Below are positions 34,541-45,460 of a stretch of DNA of 64,000 nucleotides, piece after piece. The notes beneath the pieces were generated by a model that had not been told where the DNA came from, ran no database searches, and saw only the letters and a list, made by a program, of their open reading frames with translations. This stretch comes from Pachysolen tannophilus NRRL Y-2460 (Eukaryota). Position 1 is the stretch's first letter. Each line of letters opens with the position of its first letter. Both the position numbers and the translations under genes were made by a program. The stretch covers positions 1,471,741-1,535,740 of the forward strand of contig KV454012.1 of the NCBI GenBank assembly GCA_001661245.1, written 5' to 3'.

Positions 34541-35374
34541 ATGTCTGAAGAATTATCTACAGTTCAATTATTTGTTAGACCGCTTCCGTTTGATATTCAA
34601 CAAAGTGATGTTGAAGATTTATTCGCAAAGTCTGGTCCTTTAAAAAGTGTCCGTATTATGTCGGGCTATGCTTTTGTTGAATATGAACAAGCAGAAGATG
34701 CTTCTAGTGCTGTTGCCACATTTGATAACACTGAACAATTTGGTGGTCCTTTAGAAGTACACTATGCAAAGCATAGAGAGTTTAAACCTTCCACTAGAGG
34801 TTTATATAGAGCTCTTGTTAAAAATTTACCTGAGAATGCTGCATGGCAAGAATTGAAAGATTTTGTTAAAGATTTCACAGGTATTGTTCCAACTTTTTGT
34901 AAAGTTGATTATGACCATATTGGTCATTTAGAATTTGGTTCTGCTGAAGACTTGGCTGCTGCCATTGAAAAGGCAAATGGTGCCGAGTTGGATGGTGCTA
35001 TCATTGAAGTTGAAGAAGATACTTCTGAATATGTTCCTCCTCCTCCAAGAAGTTTCAGAGGTGGCCGTGGTGGCGGTTTCGGCGGATTTGGCGGTCGTGG
35101 CGGCGGTGGCTTTGGTTTCCGCGGTGGTCGTGGCGGCTTTAGAGATAGAGGCGATTTTGGCGGTCGCGGTGGCGGATTCGGTGGTCGTGGCCGTGGAGGT
35201 GGATTCAGAGGTAGAGGTGGCAGAGATTTTGGTGACAGAGGTGACAGAGGTGGTCGTGGTGGTTTTGACAGAGACTTTGGCGGTAGAGGAGGTCGTGGTG
35301 GTTTCAGAGACAGGGATTCTGGATATGAAAGAAGTGGTTTCAGAGATAGAGATAGAAGTCCAGGAAGATATTAA
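34541..35374 (+). CDS. NPL3: SR-like mRNA-binding protein, 2 RRMs plus RGG/SR tail
   Basis: LFVRPLP (RRM1), AWQELKD (pseudo-RRM), RGG repeats, terminal RDRSP; first ATG at 34541. Confidence 0.92.
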   Translation: MSEELSTVQLFVRPLPFDIQQSDVEDLFAKSGPLKSVRIMSGYAFVEYEQAEDASSAVATFDNTEQFGGPLEVHYAKHREFKPSTRGLYRALVKNLPENAAWQELKDFVKDFTGIVPTFCKVDYDHIGHLEFGSAEDLAAAIEKANGAELDGAIIEVEEDTSEYVPPPPRSFRGGRGGGFGGFGGRGGGGFGFRGGRGGFRDRGDFGGRGGGFGGRGRGGGFRGRGGRDFGDRGDRGGRGGFDRDFGGRGGRGGFRDRDSGYERSGFRDRDRSPGRY

Positions 35375-35872
35375 AAAGCAAAATTTTTTTTTTCAAAAAA
35401 GTTAAAAAAAAGTTAAAAAAAAATTTTTTTTCTTTTTTGAAAACTAGTTGGATTTCAAATTTCAAAAATTTCAGTTTGTTTTGAAGCACATGTTTATTTT
35501 CAGAAATGTTTGTTAATTGGTTTGACCTGTTGGAATCATTTTGTAAATCTAAAAAGAGATGTATGTGGGAAAAGTGGAAGAAGAAGAAAAAAAGGGGAAT
35601 TGACTTAGTTTTGTTATCACTTTGGACATGGGGAATAAATATTAAGAGAGTCTAATCAAATTTTATTGAGTATTTACAAGTTTATTTTATTTTAATTAGT
35701 TAGTTTGAAGAGAGTATACCGTCACTCGAACCAGAGTTGAATTCCATAAGTTGTAACAAAAAAAAAAAGAGTACTGAGAAAAGAGTATAAGGAATTTGGC
35801 TTGTCATGAAAGTTTGCTTTTTGTTCTTATAAGGCTATACACAAGTTTAAGTTTACAAATAATTAAATAAAA

Positions 35873-35903
<31 letters not shown>

Positions 35904-36233
35904 TTAAATAAAGGTGATCAATTTGGCGAAACCTTTCACCAAAAAATCAATCATTTCTACTAATCTTTTCTTTTTCTTTTTTTCTTTTACTTTACTTTTT
36001 AGTTTCTTTATAGTTTCTTGTCTAAAATCAATAAATTGGTTAGTAAAATACTTACCCTTTAATTTGAAAATCAAGTTCAAACACTTTGCGCGTGCAATAA
36101 TAGATTTGGTATAAACACATTTAGAATAGAATTTTTGGTTTTTCTTTTTTGGTTTTTTGGTTTTTTAAGAGAAATATTTGATTTTTCTTCAATTCTATTG
36201 AAATCTTTTGGCTTAGTTTTTTTTTTGTTATAG

Positions 36234-37035
36234 ATATGGAACTGATGAGAGACAAGTTATAGCATCTTTTAACGAGAGTTCAAATGTTAAATCTCAGGTT
36301 AAACAGGATGCAATTATATTTATTCATGGTGGTGCATGGAGAGATCCAAACAATACTTTTAAAGATTTTGAAAAATTAATCAAAAATATTAATAATGAAT
36401 TATCATCATTATCATCATTAAATAATAAGATTGAATTGTATTCATTAGATTATAGATTGTCCCCAACAGTTAAACATCCTTGTCATTTAATCGATGTAAT
36501 AAATGCAATTAATTATATAATTAAAAATATAAATTCTAATTTAAAAAATTTAACATTAGTTGGACATTCTGTGGGTTCTACTTTAGCAATTCAAGTTTTA
36601 GATTATAAAAAATTATTAAATTATTATAATGAAAATATTGATGAATTGGATATATCTTTTATTAAAAATTTAGTGTTATTAGATGGAATTTATGATATTC
36701 CCAAATTATTAGATGAATATCCTTCATATTTATCATTTATTAATGAAGCTTTTGAAGAAAAAAATTTTAATACAGCTACACAATTATCAATTTCAAATAA
36801 AGATGAAAAAAATGTTCAAATTGGAATGTATTTTAAATTTTTGAAAAAAATAATTATTGTTCAAAGTGAAAATGATGAATTATTAAGTTTAAATCAAACT
36901 AATTTTTTTGTTAAATGGTTAAATTCTATTGGAATTTATAAATTTGAAAAAATTTTAGATGATTTTGGTAAACATAATGATGTTTATGAAAGTGATAAAT
37001 TAAAAGATTTAATTATATTAAATTTTTACAAATGA
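36234..37035 (+). CDS. BNA7: Kynurenine formamidase (alpha/beta hydrolase); 5' end unresolved
   Basis: Open frame YGTDERQ...IIFIHGGAWRDP...DYRLSP...GHSVGS...LDGIYD...GKHNDVY. No in-frame ATG ahead of the motifs; polypyrimidine plus TAG at 36231-36233 suggests an acceptor. Confidence 0.85.
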
Positions 37036-37151
37036 TATATATATATATTTCAAAATTTAAAATAAAAAAGTAGTAAATATATTATTTATATATATATATT
37101 TATACGTAAAACACAAAGATAATGGACTTTTTTCTTTCTTTCTTTCTTTCT

Positions 37152-38107
37152 TTAACGAGGAGCTCTTGGTTTTGAAAAATCTACTCTTAAAATTAAAGAA
37201 TGATAACCTCTTCCATCTAATGCATCTCTAGCCTTTTGTGCAATTTCTGGAGTATCAAATTCAACATAAGCAACACCTTTAGATCTACCAGTTTCTCTAT
37301 TTTTAACCAAGGTGACTCTTCTAATAACACGTTCAAATCTTTGTAATACTTCATCACGAAACGTTTGTTCATCAATATTTTCATTTATTTGAGTAAATCT
37401 TAAAGTTGAAGATTCTTCCTTTTCTACAGAAAGATCTTTTTCAGCAAATTCATCTTTATTTCTATTTCTCAAATGTGGAGCAATATAACCTGTAGTTTTG
37501 GTTAATTCAGGTGTAGGAGAAGCAGCAGAAGGTTCTGGTGTACCTGAAGCATTTTCTATATCTGCACCCAATGTATCTTTAAAAGGACATTTTGAAGTAA
37601 AATGAGAACCTCCACATAATCTACATCTAATACCTTGTCCCACAGACAGTTTCTTTGATTCTTCCTTTTGTTTTTCTTCAGCTTCTTTTTCAATAACTTT
37701 CCATTGTGTTCCTAATCTAAGATAAACTGGTTCTCCAACTTGTGTAGTTCTAAAATCAGGACCAGGTGCCGTTCCTTCTTCAGCACCAAATTTAGCCCAT
37801 TTCTTTCTCCTTGCAACATCAGGATGAACTTTCTCTGTAATCTTAATTTCTTTTATCTTTTGTGTAACTTTAACTTTCTTTCCCAGATCATTTAATCTAT
37901 AAGAAATAATAGTTTTAGTACCATCTTTATTTTCAATTACTTCTGGTGAGGGTAATTCTTCTTCGGCGTCAGCCCAATTCGATCTTCTATAATTTTAATT
38001 TTAAGGAGAAAATAAAATAACTTGTTAGTAATCCATTCGTTTGTAAAAAAATTATCAATACTTCACAAGCTTCATAAAAACCATAATACATACGCTACTT
38101 CCGCCAT
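37152..38107 (-). CDS. TIF35: Translation initiation factor eIF3 subunit g (2 exons: 38107-38094, 37986-37152)
   Basis: GC|GTATGT donor, TACTAAC 38030-38024, TAG acceptor; MAEVARSNWADAE..., CRLCGGSHFTSKCP zinc knuckle, C-terminal RRM; 282 aa. Confidence 0.95.
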
Positions 38108-38685
38108 TATAAACACTTTTATAAGATAATTTATTAATCAATCAAATAGTTTTAATTATTCAACTACAAAATATCAATTTTTGTACTGAAGAAACAAAAA
38201 AAATTTTTTTTTTATTTTTCTTCTTCTTTTTTTTTGATACAAGAAAACACGACGTTTTTTTTTTTGAAATTTTTCATTTGCATTTTAGGAGTGCGCTAAA
38301 AATCAAAAATTTAGAAAAAAATTTAAAAAGTAGGAGAAGTTTTAAAAGTATCCTTGAAGGAGAAAACATATTTCAAAAAACCGGAAACTGGAGAATTTAA
38401 AAGTTCTCCGTAAAACTTTTTTCAATTTTTTTCTTTCATTTCAATTTAAGACAGATTTTCTGTCTGTCTTTATACACACACCGTTTAAGGAATACTGTGA
38501 ATAACTAGAATAAAGGTATAATAATAATTACTAGTTTAATTAATAAATTGAATAATTTCTTTTTTTTTATTTGTTTAATTTTTTTTTTTTTTATTTTTTT
38601 ATTTTTTGAATTATATATCTGTATATATATCTATACATATATAATAGTTTGTTTTTAATTTTGTGTGTTGGGATTATCATAAGTA

Positions 38686-39669
38686 ATGATGCAAAACTCT
38701 CAACAAACTATTTCTCATCTTTCAGCTGGTTTGCGATCGGTTTCACTCAATGATAATAATAATTCTAGCGATGGATCTCAGAATCAGCAGGGTCAACAAC
38801 AACAGCTGCAACTACAGCAGCAGCAACAGCAAAGTCAGCAACAGCAACAGGGTCAGCAACAGCAACAACAACAAGATATAATAATACCCGAGACTTCATC
38901 AAGAATTTCAAGATTTTTCCAAAATCAACCAACAGAAGGTTTTACACTTTTTTCTCATAGATCAGCTCCAAATGGATTTAAAGTTGCAATAATATTAAGT
39001 GAATTAAATTACAATTATAATACACTTTTCTTAGATTTTAATAAAGGAGAACAACGAGCACCTGAATTTGTTACAATAAATCCAAATGCAAGAGTACCAG
39101 CTTTAATAGATCATAGCAATAATAATTTAAGTATATGGGAATCAGGAGCAATTATTCTTTATCTTTGTTCAAAATATTTAGCAGAAAATGGAGAATGTGA
39201 AATATGGTCTTCTGATATAAATGAACAAGCAAAGATAAATAGTTTTTTATTTTATCAAGTTAGTGGGCATGCAACAATGATGGGACAACTGTTACATTTC
39301 AGATATTTCCACTCACAATCCGTTCCTTCTGCTGTTGAAAGGTACACAGATGAAGTCAGAAGAGTTTATGGTGTTATAGAGATGGCATTGGCTGAAAGAA
39401 GAGAACTGGTAATAATGGAATTAGATTCAGAAAATGCTGCAGCATATAGTGCTGGAACTACTCCTCTCTCCCAAAGTAGATATTTCGATTACCCAGTGTG
39501 GTTGGTTGGAGATAGAGCAACAATTGCAGACTTAAGTTTTGTTCCATGGAATAACGTTGTGGATAGAATAGGTATAAATTTAAAAGTAGAGTATCCAGAA
39601 GTTTATAAATGGACAAAACATATGATGCGAAGACCAGCTGTTGTTAGGGCTTTACGAGGTGAAGACTAA
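38686..39669 (+). CDS. URE2: Nitrogen catabolite repression regulator, GST fold with N-terminal Q/N-rich domain
   Basis: SHRSAPNGFKVAI, INPNARVPALIDH, AAAYSAGTTPLSQSRYFDYPVWLVGD motifs. Confidence 0.98.
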   Translation: MMQNSQQTISHLSAGLRSVSLNDNNNSSDGSQNQQGQQQQLQLQQQQQQSQQQQQGQQQQQQQDIIIPETSSRISRFFQNQPTEGFTLFSHRSAPNGFKVAIILSELNYNYNTLFLDFNKGEQRAPEFVTINPNARVPALIDHSNNNLSIWESGAIILYLCSKYLAENGECEIWSSDINEQAKINSFLFYQVSGHATMMGQLLHFRYFHSQSVPSAVERYTDEVRRVYGVIEMALAERRELVIMELDSENAAAYSAGTTPLSQSRYFDYPVWLVGDRATIADLSFVPWNNVVDRIGINLKVEYPEVYKWTKHMMRRPAVVRALRGED

Positions 39670-40236
39670 ATCAAAGACTAAGCTAAAGACTAAAACAAAA
39701 TCAACACAACCAAGACTCAGCTTTCTAAAGCTTGAGCTGCTGTAATGACTTATGATGTTAAGTTTCTAAAATAAAAAAAATCAGACTTATCTTTTTTTTT
39801 TATTTTTTTATTTTTCAATTGTTTTCCTTTCTACTTCTATACACGTATGCTTTTTTTTTCCTTTTTTTTTGTTTCTCTTTTTATCAGTTCTCTATAGTTC
39901 TCTCCATAACTTATATTCTTTTTTGATTATCATATACCTTCACTGTAACTACTTATAGAATCTCTTTCTTCAAACTATCCAATAGATGATGGTCTGATTG
40001 ACTGAAAATTTGAACAAAAACAATGGTCGTGGACACACTGACAAAAAAAAAAGTGTTTTACAAAAATTTTCTTTTGAGAAGAAATCAGCGACCAAAACGA
40101 AACATCTTTATAACAAGAATAATAATAATAATAATAATAATTAGTTATTTGATATATATAAATATATAAATAAATAAATAAATAGAGGTCAATCCATCGA
40201 ATAATATTGTTATTTCATTAACTATTAATAAACGCG

Positions 40237-42454
40237 ATGTTTGGTAAGCCAACATCAGGTACGGGATTTGGTGGTTTTGGAAGTACAGCCAATTCCAATT
40301 CCTCACCGTTTGGAAATAATAACAATAATAATAATAATACTTCACCATTTGGAGCGAATAATAATGCAACGAATACTGGAGGCGGCAGTATGTTTGGCTC
40401 TGTAAATAACAATTCATCGCCCTTTGGATCGAATAATAATACTACTGGACTGTTTGGAGCTAATGCTGGTTCCTCAGGTGCAAATAGAGGTGGGTTATTT
40501 GGATCTAATACTGGTTCTGCATTTGGTGCAAATAATAATAATACAACCGGTACTTCAGGAGGGTTATTTGGGTCTAGTAATAATGTTTCTGGAACTTCAG
40601 GAGGGTTGTTTGGCTCGAAACCTACAAATACTTCCTCTGCTTTTGGTTCCAGTGCACCCTCAGCTTTTGGTGGTGCTACATCGACTTCTCCCTTTGCTTC
40701 TAATGCCGGTTCTAATACCCTGAATAGTGTATTTGGAGGTATCGGTGGCGGCATGGGTATTGGAGCAGGTGTGGGCGGTGTGGGTTCTGTCGCAGGCCTG
40801 GGACAAGGTACTGCTATAGTTCCTTTTAAAGCATATACAGAAAAAGATGCTGCTCAAAACACTTCAGTATATGAAAATATTTCATCAATGCCTGAATATA
40901 GAAATTATTCTTTTGAAGAATTGAGATTTCAAGATTATGAACATAATAGAAGATTTGGTAATGCAGCAGCAACTGGGTTTGGTACAGCACGTTCTAATTC
41001 ACCTTTTGCTTCAAATAATTCTAATACAGCTGGTGTATTTGGTGGTGGTGCTAACACTTCTGGTGGAGGCTTATTTGGACAGACAAATACCGGTAACACT
41101 AACTCTATGTTTGGTGGTGCTGGTGCTAATGTTGGTGGTAATAATAATACTGGTCTTGCGTTTGGTGCCAATAATAATAATACTGCAACTTCAGGTGGAT
41201 TATTTGGTAATGCTAATAAACCTTCTACCCCAACTGGAGGATTATTTGGATCCAATAATAATACGACTTCCGGTTTTGGATCAGGTTTTGGGTCTAATAA
41301 CAATACCACTTCTGCCTTTGGTGGTGGAAATACAGCATCTGCCTTTGGGCAAAACAACACTGGAACTTCAGCCTTTGGAGCCGCTCCTAATGCTTCTCAA
41401 TTTGGACAAGCAGGTTCAAATCCATTTGGATCAAATAAACAATCCCCTTTTGGAACTGGGAACTCAGGAAATACTTCTAGTGGTTTATTTGGATCAAACA
41501 ATAATAACCTTAATACCACGTCTGGTGGGTTGTTTGGTTCAAGTAATACAAATAATACAGGATTCGGTGCTACCAACACAAGTTCCGCATTTGGTAACAA
41601 TGCAGGTGGAAGCTCATTGTTTGGGGCTTCTAATAACAACAACGCCAATAACAACAACAGTAATAATAGTCCATTTGGTGCAAATAACAACACTGCTAAT
41701 TCTTTTGGAAGTGGATTCGGCACGAATAACAATGCTTTTGGAGCCGCAAATACAAATAACACTTCTGGTGGTTTGTTTGGTAACAAGCCAGCTGGAACCA
41801 GTGGCGGATTATTTGGTGCCAATAATAATAATAACAACAACAATAATACTTCGGCATTCGGTGGAATCGGCAACAATAACAACAACAACAACAGCAGCAA
41901 TGTAGGTGGTGGATTGTTTGGTGCCAATAAACCTGCTAGTGGTGGATTGTTTGGATCTACGGCGAATAATAATACCACTTCAGCGGGAGGAGGCTTTGGA
42001 TTTGGAGCAAATAATAACACCAATAATAATACGAGCACTTCTGGCGGGTTATTTGGCAATAAGCCATCTGGTGGAATGTTTGGTTCTACAAATACTGCTG
42101 GAACAACTACAGGTGCAGGTTTATTTGGTTCTAATAATAACAATACAAACACCCAAGGAGGTGGCTTATTTGGTAATAATGCCAATAATAACACTCAAGG
42201 TGGGGGGTTATTTGGTAACAGTAATGCTAATAATAATACCTCTGGTGGCTTGTTTGGTAATAAACCTGCAACAGCAACTGGAGGAGGATTATTTGGCAAT
42301 ACAAGCAACAACAATAATCCAGTAACTGCTAATACTGGAGGTGGTTTATTTGGCAATAACAATACTAGTAATAGTGGCGCATCAAGTGGCTTATTTGGTA
42401 ATAAACAACCTGGAACTTCTTCTGGAGGATTATTTGGTAACTCTAATAATACCT

Positions 42455-42486
<32 letters not shown>

Positions 42487-43824
42487 TTCAATAATAATAA
42501 TAGCAACAACAATAATATTAGTGCAAATACTAATAGTGGATTATTTGGTAATAACAATAACACAAATAATGCTTTTGCTGGTAACAATTATGGTGGTGGA
42601 CTATTTAGCAATAACTCTAATTATAACAACAATCAAAATGTTTATAACCGGCCTATTGCCACAATTGATTCGAATCCGTACGGCACTACCCCATTATTTG
42701 AAAGTATAACTGGTTATCGACCAGAGCCTGAGGAACGAGAATTAGAACCACGTTGTTGGATAGTTGGAGGCAAGAAGAAGGAAGATAAAAAGGATGTCAG
42801 TTTGACTTCTGCATATAAATTATCTGCAAAACCATTGTTTTCATATATGGACATAGTGCCAACCCCGATCCCAGCTATTGATATGTTATCAAATAGTTTA
42901 TATGTTGTACCAAATGATGAAATTCATTTATTGAGTTGTAAAAAAAGTGAACCTCATTTAATTTCGGGAGCTCAAAGGGCTTCATCTAATTCAATTAAGG
43001 CTAGAGGTGATGGTATAGTAAGTACCATTGGTGGTTTTTACAATAATTCGATCTATTTCAATCCCCAAATGGATGAAGCTATATTGTCTTCGGAAATTTT
43101 TTACCCAAGCAAGAATATTAGGAAGCTGATGATTGAATCCGTGGCAAATGATCAAGAAACTCTGCTGAAAAACAGAAAAGCAATAGAAGATAAAACTTCT
43201 AGTCCGAAATGGCAGGTTTCATTCAATCCTGGTAATAGAAAAGAGGCAAATGATGATGAGATATTTCCTTCAAGTTCTGAAAATAATAATGTTTTAAGCT
43301 CAACTACAGATAATAAATTAAATGTTAAAGATAATTCAATAACTTCAAATGCAAAAGAAGAGTATAGAGGAAATATAAAAGAGAATGATTACGATGGTTA
43401 TTGGTTTGAACCATCTTTGAAAAAAATAGCTCAATTGAGTCCTGAGCAAAGAAAATCTGTTCCTTCTTTGACAATTGGTAGAAGAGGTTATGGAACAATT
43501 GAATTTTTAAAACCAGTCGACTTGACTACTTTACCACCATTACAAAAAGTTATTAAAAATATAGTTGTTATAGATAAAAAATTGTGCATGCTTTATCCAG
43601 ATGCATCAATCAAGCCAGCTTATGGAGAAGGCTTAAATCTTCCTGCAAGGATTAGGTTAGAGCACTGCTATCCAATTGCAAGAGACACAAAAAAATCAAT
43701 CTTGGATCCTAATCATGAATTTGTTAAGAAACATTTTCAAAAATTGAAAAGCGTTGCAGGTACTAAGTTTATTAGTTATGACCCAGTTTCTGGTACATGG
43801 ACTTTCGAAATTGAGCACCCTTGA
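40237..43824 (+). CDS. NUP116: GLFG nucleoporin with GLEBS motif
   Basis: 1195 aa; many FG/GLFG repeats; GLEBS ISSMPEYRNYSFEELRFQDY; C-terminal Nup98-like domain ending TWTFEIEHP (no HFS autocleavage). Confidence 0.88.
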
Positions 43825-44013
43825 ACAAACCAGAAACAAATGTCTTTGTATAGTTTATTATTTGTTTGTTCTTAATTACTTTTCCCCCTTTATTTTGTCG
43901 TATATATGTATTCAATCATTAAGCGTTTCGCCTTTAATAGATTATCATTTAAATCATTTAATTGTTTGAATTATTGAATTTTTGCACATTGAAAAATTTT
44001 GACTTTCATTAAA

Positions 44014-44019
44014 ACGCGT
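44014..44019. promoter_or_regulatory. MCB element (ACGCGT) upstream of RAD27
   Basis: ACGCGT about 130 bp before the ATG of a G1/S replication gene; CG-rich hexamer in very AT-rich DNA. Confidence 0.7.
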
Positions 44020-44146
44020 CGTTAAATTTTTTTTTTTTTTATTTTCTATTAATCTTTTTTTTTTCAGTATAAATAAACCTTCAAGTACGGTTTCAACTAA
44101 TAACGGAGGCTATAACGATCACGATAGCGGTAACGATCCATTTGAA

Positions 44147-45274
44147 ATGGGTATTAAGGGATTGAACTCTTTAATTGCGGAGCATGCGCCAGGTGCTATA
44201 ACCACCAGTGAAATCAAGACATTTTTCGGCAGGAAAGTTGCCGTTGATGCGTCAATGTCGTTGTATCAATTTTTAATTGCAGTTAGACAACAAGATGGAC
44301 AACAGTTAGCAAACGATGAAGGTGAAACTACATCACACATTATGGGGTTTTTCTATAGAACCATTAAAATGGTTACATATGGTATTAAACCTTGTTATGT
44401 ATTTGATGGGAAACCACCAGTTCTTAAAGGTGGTGAATTAGAAAAAAGATTATTGAGAAGAGAAGAAGCTCAAAGACGTCAAGAAGAAATTAAAGAAACT
44501 GGTACTGTTGAAGAGATATCAAGATATGAGAGGAGACAGGTGAAGGTTACAAGAGAACAGAATGAAGATTGTAAGAAATTGTTGGGATTAATGGGTATAC
44601 CATATGTTGAAGCACCTTGTGAAGCGGAAGCACAATGTGCTCAATTAGCAAAGCTGGGTAAAGTATATGCTGCTGCATCGGAAGATATGGATACATTGTG
44701 CTATGAGACTCCATATCTTTTGAGACATTTGATGGTTTCTGAGCTGAGAAAATTGCCAATAAGTGAGATCAATTATGCAAAGGCTATGGAAGGATTAGAT
44801 TTGACATTAAATGAATTTATTGATATGTGTATATTATTAGGATGTGATTATTGTGAGACTATAAGAGGAATTGGACCAGTGACTGCTTATAAATTAATTA
44901 AGGAACATCATAGTATCGAAAATATTATTGAACATATTAAAAATTCTGAAAAATTAAGCGCAAAATACATTCTTCCAGAAAATTGGCCATATAATGAAGC
45001 AAGAGAATTATTTTTACACCCAGAAGTATTGGATCCAAATGAAATAGTGTTGAAATGGGAAGAGCCAAAAGAAAAAGAATTGATCGAATACATGACTAAG
45101 AATGGATTCAATGAAAAAAGAGTTAGAGATGGAATTGAAAAATTGAAAAAAGGTGTAAAGTCAGTCACCCAAGTGAGATTAGATAACTTTTTCGGTGGTG
45201 CTTTAAAACCAACTACAAAGAAACGGACAAAGGAAGATGAAAAGAAGAATAATAAGAAAGTCAAAAGAAAGTAA
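44147..45274 (+). CDS. RAD27: Flap endonuclease 1
   Basis: [37 protein letters not shown] motifs; PIP box QVRLDNFF. Confidence 0.98.
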   Translation: MGIKGLNSLIAEHAPGAITTSEIKTFFGRKVAVDASMSLYQFLIAVRQQDGQQLANDEGETTSHIMGFFYRTIKMVTYGIKPCYVFDGKPPVLKGGELEKRLLRREEAQRRQEEIKETGTVEEISRYERRQVKVTREQNEDCKKLLGLMGIPYVEAPCEAEAQCAQLAKLGKVYAAASEDMDTLCYETPYLLRHLMVSELRKLPISEINYAKAMEGLDLTLNEFIDMCILLGCDYCETIRGIGPVTAYKLIKEHHSIENIIEHIKNSEKLSAKYILPENWPYNEARELFLHPEVLDPNEIVLKWEEPKEKELIEYMTKNGFNEKRVRDGIEKLKKGVKSVTQVRLDNFFGGALKPTTKKRTKEDEKKNNKKVKRK

Positions 45275-45425
45275 TAGGTATTTTTTTTTTCTTTTAAAAT
45301 TAACAATGTATAATATCATTCATTACTATATAGAATCTAAAAAAAAAAAAAAATGAAAAATGAAAAATCGAAAACTAGGTGAAAAATATATAAATGATTT
45401 ATTTAAATTAAAACAATATGATCTA

Positions 45426-45431
45426 ACGCGT
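45426..45431. promoter_or_regulatory. MCB element (ACGCGT) upstream of the 427-aa ORF
   Basis: ACGCGT 30 bp before the ATG at 45461. Confidence 0.5.
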
Positions 45432-45460
45432 GGAAACATGTTAAATATAAAACTTAAATA

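Noticed and set aside
34935..35405. 156-aa alternative-frame ORF over NPL3
   Set aside because: By-product of the GGT/GGC-rich RGG region.
36048..36060. ATACTTACC resembling the U1 snRNA 5' end
   Set aside because: Next base is C rather than T and no U1 stem-loop I is evident; better explained as a minus-strand splice donor or chance.
40218..42709. Many 99-322 aa ORFs overlapping NUP116 on both strands
   Set aside because: Shadow frames produced by the FG/GLFG and AAT repeats; no independent coding signal.
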